Source: an uncultured virus (IMG/VR IMGVR_UViG_3300026522_000616)
Taxonomy: Duplodnaviria > Heunggongvirae > Uroviricota > Caudoviricetes
Length of the DNA: 64,000 nt
Direction: 5' to 3' (one strand)
Virus record (IMG/VR): IMGVR_UViG_3300026522_000616
Shown here in pieces: positions 1 through 10,300 of the stretch. Position 1 is the stretch's first letter; each line of letters begins with the position of its first letter. The translations under genes were made by a program, and so were the position numbers. The notes under the pieces are model-generated. The model searched no databases. It saw only the letters and a list, made by a program, of their open reading frames with translations, and had not been told where the DNA came from.

Positions 1-234
1 AAAGGGTTGGCGTAAACCTTGCCCTTATCAATTTTTCCTTTTATCAAAGGGGTATACATTATGTATGCTAACGGAACGAGCCTTAATTAAGGTAAGCCCG
101 TGGGAAATAAAAACCTGTACAGACTATAGGGGTTGTTCCCTAGTAGGATAACTATTGATACGTTATCCGAAACAGTAGATAGCTATATGAGCTAAAGAGA
201 TAGTCGGTGCGTATAGTGATATACGGTAATCATG
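1..234 (+). ncRNA. Group I intron in gyrB (3' portion; 5' end lies outside the window)
   Basis: R-like CCTGTACAGACTA (~114-126) and S-like AAGAGATAGTC (~195-205) give the P7 pairing GACUA/UAGUC. Ends in G234, after which TA-GGT-GAA-ATG-AAT-CCT restores the GyrB motif (KG)LGEMNP if the upstream exon ends in U. Confidence 0.85.
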
Positions 235-425
235 TAGGTGAAATGAATCCTGAACAATTAAAAGAAACAACAATGGATATTCATAATAGAACATTACGTA
301 GAATTACACTTGAAGATGCCAAAGAAGTAGCAGAACTTTTTGAGACATTGATGGGTAAAGATGTAACAAAACGCAAACAATTTATCGAAGCAAATTCTGA
401 TATGGTGGATTTGGAAGCACTATAA
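235..425 (+). CDS. gyrB: Type IIA topoisomerase B subunit (GyrB/ParE), last exon
   Basis: GEMNPEQLKETTMD..NRTLRRITLEDA..AELFETLMGKDV..RKQFIE is the typical GyrB C-terminus. The ORF-track start at 207 lies inside the intron. Confidence 0.9.
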
Positions 426-428
426 AAC

Positions 429-463
429 TAAGGATAAGAGTAAAAATTACTCTTATCCTTTTT
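429..463 (+). terminator. Intrinsic terminator after gyrB
   Basis: AAGGATAAGAGTAA-AAA-TTACTCTTATCCTT followed by a T run. Confidence 0.8.
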
Positions 464-541
464 ATACAATAAATTAAGTATTATTTTAAGATGTTTTAAT
501 TATTTTATATATAGAATAATAAATAAGGACGGTAGTAACAA

Positions 542-1075
542 ATGGCTGAATTATGGATTTCTATGGATATAGATGATGAAATGGCAAAAAATCAGTTAGC
601 ATATTATCAAACAGTCTTAAAAGGTTATACTCATGGTGATTGGTGTGACCCTAATGATTTTCATATTACATTAGATTATATTGGTGAAAACGAAGATGAT
701 TTTGAAAAAGTAGTAGATGCTATGAAAATCTATGAAAAAGAAACGGATTTATATAATCAATATGTATTTGCAAATAAAGTAGGTCGGTTTGATAAAGGTG
801 CTATGTGGATAGGCGTAGATGATAGTTTTAAATTGTATCAAATTCATTATCGTATGGAAGAACTATTAGAACAAGTTGGTTATCAAAAAGCACCTAGTAG
901 TTTCCCAAATTATACACCACATATTACTATGGCATTTAATACACCTAAAATGGATTTTACAGTTAAAATGAGTAAAGTACCTATTCCTGTAACGAATATT
1001 ACATTATGGAATTCATTTAAAGTAAATGGACAATATGTAGATAATTTCTTATATAAAATTAATTTGATTAAATGA
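542..1075 (+). CDS. thpR: 2H phosphoesterase (RNA 2',3'-cyclic phosphodiesterase / LigT-like)
   Basis: Two HxT motifs (FHITLDYIG, YTPHITMA), 177 aa. Confidence 0.85.
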   Translation: MAELWISMDIDDEMAKNQLAYYQTVLKGYTHGDWCDPNDFHITLDYIGENEDDFEKVVDAMKIYEKETDLYNQYVFANKVGRFDKGAMWIGVDDSFKLYQIHYRMEELLEQVGYQKAPSSFPNYTPHITMAFNTPKMDFTVKMSKVPIPVTNITLWNSFKVNGQYVDNFLYKINLIK

Positions 1076-1088
1076 AAGAAGGTTTATC

Positions 1089-1289
1089 ATGAATCAAGAA
1101 TTAACTAGAAGTAAACATAAGCATGAGTATAGTAACGCAGGATTATACAATTGTCCTAATTGTCAACATATGTTTGAAGGAGAACAAGCATTACAAGATA
1201 TTTGTGCTAATTGTATGGGTGGAGACAAATATTTGGAGAAACCATTAACGGATTTTGAAAAATTATTTAATCATGTACAACGGAATTAA
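1089..1289 (+). CDS. Small zinc-finger-like hypothetical protein
   Basis: CPNC...CANC; RBS GAAGG; followed by a hairpin terminator. Confidence 0.6.
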   Translation: MNQELTRSKHKHEYSNAGLYNCPNCQHMFEGEQALQDICANCMGGDKYLEKPLTDFEKLFNHVQRN

Positions 1290-1332
1290 AAGGAAGTTAT
1301 AGCACTTCCTTTTTTTCACAAATAATTTTTAG

Positions 1333-1362
1333 TTGACGATTTTATTCTTTTTGTGCTACAAT
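1333..1362 (+). promoter_or_regulatory. sigmaA-like promoter for gyrA
   Basis: TTGACG-N18-TACAAT with extended TG. Confidence 0.6.
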
Positions 1363-1396
1363 ATTGCTAAACAAAGAATGGAGGATAATATAGATT

Positions 1397-3781
1397 ATGG
1401 CAAAAAAACAAAAAGAAGATATAGAATCTTTAGTTGCAGAAGAAAATATCGTAGACTGTGATTTGAGAGATGAATTGCCACGCTCATATATGGATTATAC
1501 TATGTTGTCTATTATTGGACGTGCTTTGCCTGATGTTCGTGATGGATTAAAGCCTGTACAACGTAGAATTTTATATTGTTGCAAAGAAAAAGGCTATGAT
1601 AGCAATAAACCATATATTAAGAACGCTAAGATTAGTGGTGACGTAATGGGTAATTATCATCCGCATAGTTCTTGTTATGGCACGATTGCTAATATGGCTC
1701 AACCGTGGGTATATCGTTATCCACTTATTGATTTTCATGGTAACGTTGGTTCAATTGATGGAGATTCACAGGCAAGCGAGAGGTACACGGAAGGACGTTT
1801 AGCTAAAATTTCTTATGCTATTTTGGAAGATGTTTTAGATAAACATTGTGTAGAATTTCGTGATAATTATTCTGAAACGTTAAAAGAACCGATTGTATTA
1901 CCAGGTCTATTTCCTAATTTTCTAGCAAATGGATGTCCTAACGCTATTGCAGTTGGTTATACATCTTGTGTCCCTTCACATAACTTAAATGAAGTTTGTG
2001 ACGGAATTATTTATGCCATTAAGCATGATGATTTTACACTAGATGATATAATGAAAATTATTAAAGGACCAGACTTCCCTTATGGTTCGCAAATGCTTAA
2101 AAAAGGCATTAAATCACTTTATGAAACAGGGGAAGGCTCATTATCTTTTAGAGCGAATTATATCATTGAAAATAATTCTGAAAATGGTAATCCACAAATT
2201 GTATTTACGGATATGCCACCATTTTCAGATAAACCAAAACTTATTGAAAAAATCCATGATATGATAATGGAGAAAACTTTACCTAGAACAATTAGTGTTC
2301 GTGATGAATCAAAAGGTTTAGATATTCGTATTGTTATTGAATGTCAAAAAACGGCAAATATTCCATTACTCATTAAAGATTTATACGATAAAACAAAATT
2401 ACAAGCAAATGCTTCTTTCCATATGCGTGGGGTACTTGATAAAGAACTTAAATTGGTTACTTTGGTTGATTATATTCATACGTATATTTCTTTTAGAAAA
2501 GAAGTGTTAAATAATCGCTATTCTTATTTGGTAGAAGCAGATAGTAAAAAATTAAATATTCAAAAAGGTTTGGCTAAAGTAATTGATGATATTAAAACGG
2601 CAGTTAATATCATTATTGATAGCGAAACAGTTGATGATGCTAAAAAGAAATTGGTATCTAAATATGATTTGAATGAAGAACAAGTAAATTATATTTTAGA
2701 CCAAAAAACACGTTCATTAGTACATAAAGATAGAGAAGTTATTTTTAAGAAAATTAAAGAACTTGAAGATAATTTAAAACAGTATAATACATATCTTACT
2801 GATGATAATGCTATGAAGCAACTCATGATAGACCAGTTAAATGGGCTTAAAAAAGAGTTTGGTGACAAACGCAGGACTACTATTGTATCTGACTTTGAAA
2901 GCGGTTCTACGTCCTCACAGGAAGTTTCAGAAGATGTTTACGCAGTACTTTATGCGAATGGAAAAATAAATGTTTATGAAGAAGATGAATATCAGAAATT
3001 CATTGACGATAAATCGTATAAAGATAGAACAAATTTGTTTATTCAAGCAAATAAAGTAAAACGTTCTGATGATTTGCTCATTATTCGTAAAACAGGTATG
3101 GTCGAAAGAGTACCAATGAATAGTTTGCAGTATAATAATATGAAATTTGAAGATGCTATTAATTTCATTGTATTTAATACTGAATCTAAAAAAGTCTTAA
3201 TTTCTGTACTGAAAAATGGTATGGTAAAGAAAACTTTAGTTAATAAAATGAAATTCCGTATTAATAATCCAACACAGATTATTAAAGATATGGAATCGGA
3301 AATCATTATTAACAAGTTAGTAGATGATGTAAAAGATGAAACAATTACATTAGCTACAAATAATGGTTGTATTGGTAGATTTAGTGTTAATTCATTTGTT
3401 GCTACTGCTAGCGGTGCGAAAGCTATGCCTACTTGTAAATTAGAAGAAAATGATTTTATTGTTGATTGTAAAATCAGTAATGCAAGTGAAGATGACGTAA
3501 ACAAAATTCTTACAATCTTTGAATGGAATGATGGTTCATTAGGATATAAAGTAATGAAACTTTCTGACATTCTTGTAAAAGGTAGAACGGCAAGAGCACT
3601 TAATTATATTCCTAGCAAAAAGTTTAAGAACTTACTTCATATTTATATTGCAAAAGACAATTTTGTTTTGTTGAATAACAAAAATAAAGAATACATATTT
3701 GATACATATGAAGTATTTAAACGTACTGAAAAAGGTGCAGGTTTTAATAAAACAATTACTCCTACAAATTTTAATAATTAA
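1397..3781 (+). CDS. gyrA: Type IIA topoisomerase A subunit (GyrA/ParC)
   Basis: RALPDVRDGLKPVQRRIL, YHPHS, active-site ASERYTE, GPDFP; divergent beta-pinwheel CTD. Confidence 0.95.
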   Translation: MAKKQKEDIESLVAEENIVDCDLRDELPRSYMDYTMLSIIGRALPDVRDGLKPVQRRILYCCKEKGYDSNKPYIKNAKISGDVMGNYHPHSSCYGTIANMAQPWVYRYPLIDFHGNVGSIDGDSQASERYTEGRLAKISYAILEDVLDKHCVEFRDNYSETLKEPIVLPGLFPNFLANGCPNAIAVGYTSCVPSHNLNEVCDGIIYAIKHDDFTLDDIMKIIKGPDFPYGSQMLKKGIKSLYETGEGSLSFRANYIIENNSENGNPQIVFTDMPPFSDKPKLIEKIHDMIMEKTLPRTISVRDESKGLDIRIVIECQKTANIPLLIKDLYDKTKLQANASFHMRGVLDKELKLVTLVDYIHTYISFRKEVLNNRYSYLVEADSKKLNIQKGLAKVIDDIKTAVNIIIDSETVDDAKKKLVSKYDLNEEQVNYILDQKTRSLVHKDREVIFKKIKELEDNLKQYNTYLTDDNAMKQLMIDQLNGLKKEFGDKRRTTIVSDFESGSTSSQEVSEDVYAVLYANGKINVYEEDEYQKFIDDKSYKDRTNLFIQANKVKRSDDLLIIRKTGMVERVPMNSLQYNNMKFEDAINFIVFNTESKKVLISVLKNGMVKKTLVNKMKFRINNPTQIIKDMESEIIINKLVDDVKDETITLATNNGCIGRFSVNSFVATASGAKAMPTCKLEENDFIVDCKISNASEDDVNKILTIFEWNDGSLGYKVMKLSDILVKGRTARALNYIPSKKFKNLLHIYIAKDNFVLLNNKNKEYIFDTYEVFKRTEKGAGFNKTITPTNFNN

Positions 3782-3840
3782 ATAAAATATACCGTGCTTT
3801 ATAATTACATAAAATTTTGGCACGGTATATTTTTTTACAG

Positions 3841-3869
3841 TTGACTTGAATAGTAAATTAACATATAAT
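3841..3869 (+). promoter_or_regulatory. sigmaA-like promoter for clpX
   Basis: TTGACT-N17-TATAAT. Confidence 0.7.
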
Positions 3870-3936
3870 ATGATATATGGAGTGGTATTTTTTAGATAGA
3901 GATACCAATAATATAGAATAGGTAGGTGCTTAATAT

Positions 3937-5139
3937 ATGATAGATGAAGAAACTGTACAAGAGAAACCAAAAGTAAAATGCAAATTTTGTGGTCAAGAAG
4001 TAGATGAAGAAAAAATCGTTTATGGCAAAACTAAACGTATGACAATTTGCGAAGATTGTTTAGATATTTGTCAACATATTATTGAAGATAGAAAAGTATC
4101 TGATACACCTACTATGGAAAACGTTCTTAGACCAAAAGAACTAAAAGAAAAATTGGATGAATATATTATTGGACAGGATAACGCAAAAAAAATTATTTCT
4201 GTAGCAGTATATAACCATTATAAACGTGTATTTAAATTAAAAAATTCAAATATTCAAAAATCAAATATTTGTCTTATCGGTTCATCTGGTAGCGGAAAAA
4301 CATTAATTGCAAAAACAATTGCAAAATTGTTAGATGTTCCTATTACAATTGCTGATGCAACAACACTTACCTCAACTGGATATGTTGGTCGTAATGTTGA
4401 AGATTGTCTTGCTTCGCTTGTAAAAGAAGCAGATGGTGATATTAAAAGAGCCGAATACGGGATTGTATTTATTGATGAAATAGATAAATTGGCTAGTAAA
4501 GCCGGAGAAAATGCGCGTGATGTTGGTGGAGAAGGTGTACAACAAGCACTTTTGAAAATGATTGAAGGTACTACAGTTTTTCTCCCTAAAAGTAAAGAAA
4601 ACTTATTTGGTGACGGAGAAGAACAAAAAACAATTGACACAACAAACATTTTATTTATTGTAAGCGGAGCATTTAGTGGCATTGAACGTATTATTTCTGC
4701 TAAATCAGAAAAACATGGTATCGGATTTGGAGCAGAAGCGCACACTATTACAGACAAAGAACGTGATAACGCTATTGATAAGGTAAAACAGGAAGATTTA
4801 ATTGCTTATGGAATGATACCTGAATTCGTTGGTCGTATTCAAACAATAGCAGTATTGCATAAATTAGATGAAGAAGCTATGGTAAGAATTTTAAAAGAAC
4901 CAAAAGGTGCTTTGATTAAACAATATCAGGAACTTCTTCATGTAGATGGAATTGATTTGAATTTTGAAGATAAAGCAGTAAGAAAAATTGCTAAAATTGC
5001 AATCAAACAAAAAACAGGCGCAAGAAGTTTAAAATCTATCTTGGAAAATACAATGTTAGATATTATGTATCAAGCACCTTCTAGTAATAAAAAAGAAATT
5101 ACAATTACAGAACAAGATATTAAAGCAGAAAATGTATAA
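3937..5139 (+). CDS. clpX: ATP-dependent Clp protease ATP-binding subunit ClpX
   Basis: N-terminal CxxC...CxxC zinc domain, Walker A GSSGSGKT, GYVG pore loop, Walker B FIDEIDK, GEGVQQALLK, IGF loop, TGAR. Confidence 0.95.
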   Translation: MIDEETVQEKPKVKCKFCGQEVDEEKIVYGKTKRMTICEDCLDICQHIIEDRKVSDTPTMENVLRPKELKEKLDEYIIGQDNAKKIISVAVYNHYKRVFKLKNSNIQKSNICLIGSSGSGKTLIAKTIAKLLDVPITIADATTLTSTGYVGRNVEDCLASLVKEADGDIKRAEYGIVFIDEIDKLASKAGENARDVGGEGVQQALLKMIEGTTVFLPKSKENLFGDGEEQKTIDTTNILFIVSGAFSGIERIISAKSEKHGIGFGAEAHTITDKERDNAIDKVKQEDLIAYGMIPEFVGRIQTIAVLHKLDEEAMVRILKEPKGALIKQYQELLHVDGIDLNFEDKAVRKIAKIAIKQKTGARSLKSILENTMLDIMYQAPSSNKKEITITEQDIKAENV

Positions 5140-5170
5140 AAAAAAGAGAAGTTTAAAACTTCTCTTTTTT
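5139..5170. terminator. Bidirectional terminator
   Basis: AAAAAAAGAGAAGTTT-AAAACTTCTCTTTTTT between convergent genes. Confidence 0.8.
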
Positions 5171-5174
5171 ATAA

Positions 5175-7715
5175 TTAAAATACTGTTGTAAATGTTGATG
5201 TATCATGTGCTACTTGTAAATTCATAAATGCACCATCATTTCTACAATTTTTAAACGAATTTAAATCTATCTTATATGGAATATTTACAATTTTACATTC
5301 AGTAATATTACTATAATCAAACATGCTATTTGGGGCTCCAATTAATCCTGAACCGTCTAATATTAAAGTAGTATTTATATTGCGTATTTCTGTACCATAA
5401 AACATATTTTCTGCTATTTTTAAAATAAAATGTTCATTTGTTGGATTTTTCATATCAAAGCCAATTTTATCTTGTATAGATGACATTGTTTCAATTTTAC
5501 ACCATGCAAACATCCCTGATGAAGCTATAATTTTTGAATATGATAAATCTGGCAAATTAGAAAATACGTTATTAATAGATGCATAATAAGAAGTATCATC
5601 TTTTGGATGATAATATCCAAACATTTCTGTTGCAATAATCCCATTAACACTACTACAATCTATTGTGCCATTAAATGTAATTGGATTTAATGATGCATTT
5701 TCTCCACATCTAGTAAACATATGATATGCTGAAATAATATCACCAACAACTTTTAATCCATCTAATGTAATGGAAGTTAAACATTGATTTACAAACATAT
5801 TTGATAAATTATTAACAGTTCCAAATGTAAAATCAGATGTGATTGTATCTAATTCTGCAATACCAAAACTCTCTTTTAAACTATAATTATCACCACTAAT
5901 ATTAATTTTATTATCAACAGGAGTACCATCAATAGTAACATCAGTACCTACACTATATTTTGAAAAATATCGTTTATATTTATCATCTACATTTGTGAAA
6001 TTGACTGATGTTATTCCTGAACCTTTAAATGTATTCATAAAAGGAAATTCATTTAGAGAATAACTAAATGAATCTACTATCCTAATAGTTTCTATGTTTA
6101 TTTTCGTTATATCTTCGATATTTGAGCAATCAATATTATATGGGAATGCACCAACAAGATTTTTGCAATTTGAAAAAGCATATCTCATTCGTTTTATTTT
6201 ATTGATGTTATTATTAGTGAATTTTGGCATTCCTTTTAGTGTCATTGACGTACAATTTTTAAATGCACTTGCCATATCTTCCACGTCACTATTTATTGTA
6301 ATTGAACTAAAATCAGATATTTGAGAAGAACCATCAAATAATTGTGACATATTTTTTACTTTAGGTAAATTAATTTTAGGAATAGAAACTAATTTTGATG
6401 AGAAAGCAAATAAACATGTTACATCTTCTGCATATTGTAAATCAATGGTTGATGTTCCTAATGATGTTAAATTTTGTCTATTGTCCAATCCTAATGCACA
6501 ATAATATGTTTTTGATTTTGTATTCCATATATAATCAGGAATTGTAGTAACTTTAGTTCCATATAAGAAATTTTTCATATTAGTTATATTTGTTAAATCT
6601 AATTTATCAGGCAATTTAGATAAATTTTCGCAACCATTAAACATTTCTTCTGCGGTTGTTAATTTAGATGTATCTAATTTATCAGGAACTTCTGTCATTG
6701 TCTGATAACGAGCAGGATATAAATCTTGCATTTTATATCTATCATCTGTTAATTCAATTGCTTCAATAACAACTTCATCTAAGAAATTAACTATATGATA
6801 AGTATTCGTTGTTGTTCCATCAGAAAAAAGTCCTGTAACATCAATTAAATCTTTTTCGTTTCCTTTAAATTTTGTAGGAACATTAATTAATGTAAATTTC
6901 CATCCACCAGCAGAATCAAGACCCAATTCTTTTACATTAATACATGGTGTTTTACCAAAAGTATCAATGTTTGTGCAGTCTATTGTCAGATTCCTAAGAT
7001 TATTTTGAACGGAAAAATGATATAATGCATCTCCTGCACTCATATTTTGATTTCTAAAATTAAATCCTAATAACTTTTTCATATTTGCACAACCATTAAA
7101 AGGTGCATTATTCATAATATTAGCTTTTGGTTCTGTAAAATTGATAAAATGTATTTCTTCTAAATTACCGCAACCTTGTGCAGAAAAAGATGTCAAATTT
7201 TGTCCATTAATAATAGGGATATGATATGCACCACAATGTCTAAATGAAATGCTTTTTCCCTTAAAACCAAACATACCGTTAATTGATTTTAATTTAGTAC
7301 AATCATCAAAAAATCCATCTGCATTAACTACATTACTCCAATCAGCAAATGCAATTTCTTGTGGTAATTCTGTCATTTTATCAAAACTATCAGGATAATT
7401 TTGTTTCATATAATTAGAACTGTCAGGTGGTAAAGATAAACGACCGTCTGAAGCCTGATAAGATGCTATTGTTATACGTTTACCGCTTTTTGTTTTAAAC
7501 CCTGTATATGTAACTTTATCATATTTTGGGTTATAACTATTTGGACGATTATAAGTTTTCTTTGTTTTTATAACATTTCCACTAGCATCAAAATAACTTG
7601 CTGATACTGCATATAAATTATCTCCAATTCTAATAACAAAACGAGGATATGCAGATACATCATTTACATCTAATACTTCAAAAGTATCTCCACCAATATT
7701 TATTGTTTTTGACAT
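5175..7715 (-). CDS. BspA/DUF285-like leucine-rich repeat surface or virion protein
   Basis: Repeated xxMxxMFxxCxxLxxxP units (EMFNGCENLSKLP, MASAFKNCTSM, MRYAFSNCKNL). Confidence 0.75.
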   Translation of the reverse strand: MSKTINIGGDTFEVLDVNDVSAYPRFVIRIGDNLYAVSASYFDASGNVIKTKKTYNRPNSYNPKYDKVTYTGFKTKSGKRITIASYQASDGRLSLPPDSSNYMKQNYPDSFDKMTELPQEIAFADWSNVVNADGFFDDCTKLKSINGMFGFKGKSISFRHCGAYHIPIINGQNLTSFSAQGCGNLEEIHFINFTEPKANIMNNAPFNGCANMKKLLGFNFRNQNMSAGDALYHFSVQNNLRNLTIDCTNIDTFGKTPCINVKELGLDSAGGWKFTLINVPTKFKGNEKDLIDVTGLFSDGTTTNTYHIVNFLDEVVIEAIELTDDRYKMQDLYPARYQTMTEVPDKLDTSKLTTAEEMFNGCENLSKLPDKLDLTNITNMKNFLYGTKVTTIPDYIWNTKSKTYYCALGLDNRQNLTSLGTSTIDLQYAEDVTCLFAFSSKLVSIPKINLPKVKNMSQLFDGSSQISDFSSITINSDVEDMASAFKNCTSMTLKGMPKFTNNNINKIKRMRYAFSNCKNLVGAFPYNIDCSNIEDITKINIETIRIVDSFSYSLNEFPFMNTFKGSGITSVNFTNVDDKYKRYFSKYSVGTDVTIDGTPVDNKINISGDNYSLKESFGIAELDTITSDFTFGTVNNLSNMFVNQCLTSITLDGLKVVGDIISAYHMFTRCGENASLNPITFNGTIDCSSVNGIIATEMFGYYHPKDDTSYYASINNVFSNLPDLSYSKIIASSGMFAWCKIETMSSIQDKIGFDMKNPTNEHFILKIAENMFYGTEIRNINTTLILDGSGLIGAPNSMFDYSNITECKIVNIPYKIDLNSFKNCRNDGAFMNLQVAHDTSTFTTVF

Positions 7716-7756
7716 ATTATATTTTCACCTCTACTTTATTAAATATTGGTTAGTAA

Positions 7757-8347
7757 TTAATCAGCAGATGAAGAATCTTCTACTTTAAGAACATTAGCAA
7801 AATCTGTAATACCGATAGGAATCCATGTACCTGGTGTTCCACTCTTTGTACAAATCCAACCAATATTAGAGCCTGTTGTTGGAGCTAATTTAATAATCAT
7901 GTCACCTGTAGTATAAGCACCTGTTGTTGGTAAACTATCCATACGTAACATTTTTACAGTAGAATCGTTTTCTAATAATACTCCTGTATAATATTTTGCA
8001 GTTATATGGTCTGCTAAATCTTTATCAATATCAAATCCACCATTTGCATTATCAAATGTCCATGTTAATGTTTTAGCTGGACGTGCAACTGTAAAAGCAT
8101 CATCTTCTTCATAAATAATACCATTAATATTTAATTCTACTTTTTGTGCATTTGGTTCATTGGCTAATGTAAAATTAACTTCAGAAGCGGTTAATTTTGT
8201 TAAATCAATTGAGTCTTTAACAGAAAATACAGTATTTTGGAGGGCAGTAATTCTACTATTTACATCACCAAGTTTGCTAACTAAATCATTAACTTGTGAT
8301 AATAGAGCTTGACCACCATCAATTTGACGTAAATTAATCAATTTCAT
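7757..8347 (-). CDS. Putative virion structural protein
   Basis: Shares N-terminal LINLxQIxGGxAL and an INGIxYxE..LTWxF domain with 33835..35301; C-terminal PTTG..GD..GWICT.SGTPGTW motif typical of tail fibres. Confidence 0.6.
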   Translation of the reverse strand: MKLINLRQIDGGQALLSQVNDLVSKLGDVNSRITALQNTVFSVKDSIDLTKLTASEVNFTLANEPNAQKVELNINGIIYEEDDAFTVARPAKTLTWTFDNANGGFDIDKDLADHITAKYYTGVLLENDSTVKMLRMDSLPTTGAYTTGDMIIKLAPTTGSNIGWICTKSGTPGTWIPIGITDFANVLKVEDSSSAD

Positions 8348-8487
8348 ATTATAATCACCACTTTATAATTTGTTTATATAGGTACTAATTCCTAATCTCT
8401 ATTATAGATATAATGATTTTTTTATGAATTAATTGTATCTTGAAAATCTAATATAATAGAATATATAAATAAAAGGGGGAGAATTTT

Positions 8488-10140
8488 TTGGAATACCAAT
8501 GGAATATACAATATGAATATAATAACAATATATTGGAATTGATAAGAAAATCTAAAAATATGACGAAAAAAGAATTTGACCAATTTTTAGATATAAAATC
8601 AAGTAAATTTCGTAATCCAAATCTTTTACCTAATATAGAGAAAGCAGTAGAACGTACAAAACAAGCTATCAAAAATAAAGAAAAAATAATGATAGCTGGC
8701 GATTATGATTGTGATGGAGTTACATCGACATCAATTATGGTATTGGGTTTATCTACATTAACTCCTTATGTTAGTTGGACAATTCCTTTACGTTCTGATG
8801 GATATGGCTTGAGTAATAAAATCGTAGATAAGGCGATTGAAGATAATATTGATTTAATTATTACCGTTGACAATGGCATATCTGCAAAATCTGTTATTGA
8901 ATACGCAAATCAAAACAATATAGATGTCATTGTTACAGACCATCATCAATTATTGCAAGATTTACCAACAGATATTTGTGTAGACCCATGTATTACAGAT
9001 AATTATCCTTTTCAATCAATTTGTGGATGTATGGTAGCATATAAATTTTTACGTATGCTTATTCCTGATTTACATAAACAAAAAATACACGATGAAATAG
9101 CAGTACTTACAGCTTTTGGTACAATTGGTGATATGATGTTATTAATTGATGAAAATAGAAAATTTGTGTCCAAAGCATTAAGTATTTTAAATAAAAAAGA
9201 ACATATTAGCTATGGAATTGATGCATTAGTAAATCATACAAAATTAAAAAAAGGTAATATTACATCTAGTGATATAGCTTTTTATATTTCTCCTAGCATA
9301 AATGCATTAGGAAGATTGGAAGATGCGTCAATAGGCGTACAATTGTTTTTATCTGATGATGAAGTGTTAGCCAACACATTAGCAGAAAAAACTGTACATT
9401 TAAACAACAAACGAAAAACCATTCAGCAAGAAGTTGTAAATGATATAAAAATTAACGAAGAAGAACCGTTTATTATTAAAGTTTTAGATAATATACCAGC
9501 AGGATTATTAGGTGTTGTTGCAGGTAAATTCGTCACAAAATATCAAAAACCATGTTTTTTGCTACATAGCAATAAAAATAATACTTTAAGTGGTTCAGGA
9601 AGAAGTTATTTAGATTATGACATAAGTAAATGTATTTCCGAAAATTTTGATATTTGTAATGGCGGTGGACATAAAGCGTCATGTGGATTATCTTTGAATA
9701 AAGATAATTTTAATGAATTTAAAAAACGTTGTTATGCTAATTATAATAATTGGCTAAAAACTTCTTCTGATGGTAATAAAACAACTCCTACATTACAATT
9801 CCTATGTGAATTAGATAGTAGTGCAATTAACGACCATACAATGAGTTATATTAAACAGTTAGAACCATTTGGAACAGGAAATAGTGTACCACAATTTTGT
9901 ATGAAAGATGTTCGAGTAGTAGATTATCGTGTATTAGGAGAAAATAAAAATACTATTAAATTTGCTTTTTATAAAGATGGGAATTCTTTTGAAGGAATTT
10001 GTTTTAATGAAACAAAAGAAAAATATGAAGTGTTACATGAGCCAAATATCGTTGATATAGGATTTGAATTGCAATATAACTATTGGAATGGGAACAAAAC
10101 GATTCAATTGTTAATTAAAGATATAAGAAATTCAATATAG
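8488..10140 (+). CDS. recJ: Single-stranded DNA exonuclease RecJ
   Basis: GDYDCDG, ITVDNG, TDHH, GTIGDM, NALGR, GSGRS, GGH, LEPFGTGN. Confidence 0.95.
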   Translation: MEYQWNIQYEYNNNILELIRKSKNMTKKEFDQFLDIKSSKFRNPNLLPNIEKAVERTKQAIKNKEKIMIAGDYDCDGVTSTSIMVLGLSTLTPYVSWTIPLRSDGYGLSNKIVDKAIEDNIDLIITVDNGISAKSVIEYANQNNIDVIVTDHHQLLQDLPTDICVDPCITDNYPFQSICGCMVAYKFLRMLIPDLHKQKIHDEIAVLTAFGTIGDMMLLIDENRKFVSKALSILNKKEHISYGIDALVNHTKLKKGNITSSDIAFYISPSINALGRLEDASIGVQLFLSDDEVLANTLAEKTVHLNNKRKTIQQEVVNDIKINEEEPFIIKVLDNIPAGLLGVVAGKFVTKYQKPCFLLHSNKNNTLSGSGRSYLDYDISKCISENFDICNGGGHKASCGLSLNKDNFNEFKKRCYANYNNWLKTSSDGNKTTPTLQFLCELDSSAINDHTMSYIKQLEPFGTGNSVPQFCMKDVRVVDYRVLGENKNTIKFAFYKDGNSFEGICFNETKEKYEVLHEPNIVDIGFELQYNYWNGNKTIQLLIKDIRNSI

Positions 10141-10300
10141 TAAACGCATAATAAAATTTTTAACAAAGGGGGGAATAAAGTCCTCCCTTTTTTTAGTGCA
10201 ACTACAATTGAATATAGTGCATTTTAATAATTATTATTAAAATGTAAGAGTTGAATAACAGAACATCAATAACGAAAATGTATTATGGAGTGTTAAAACA

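Noticed and set aside
207..234. ORF-track N-terminus MRIVIYGNHV for the gyrB fragment
   Set aside because: This is intron sequence (P9 region), not coding
3043..4757. Long antisense ORFs (3043..3570, 4254..4757; likewise 55354..55869 and others)
   Set aside because: Shadow frames opposite well-supported genes
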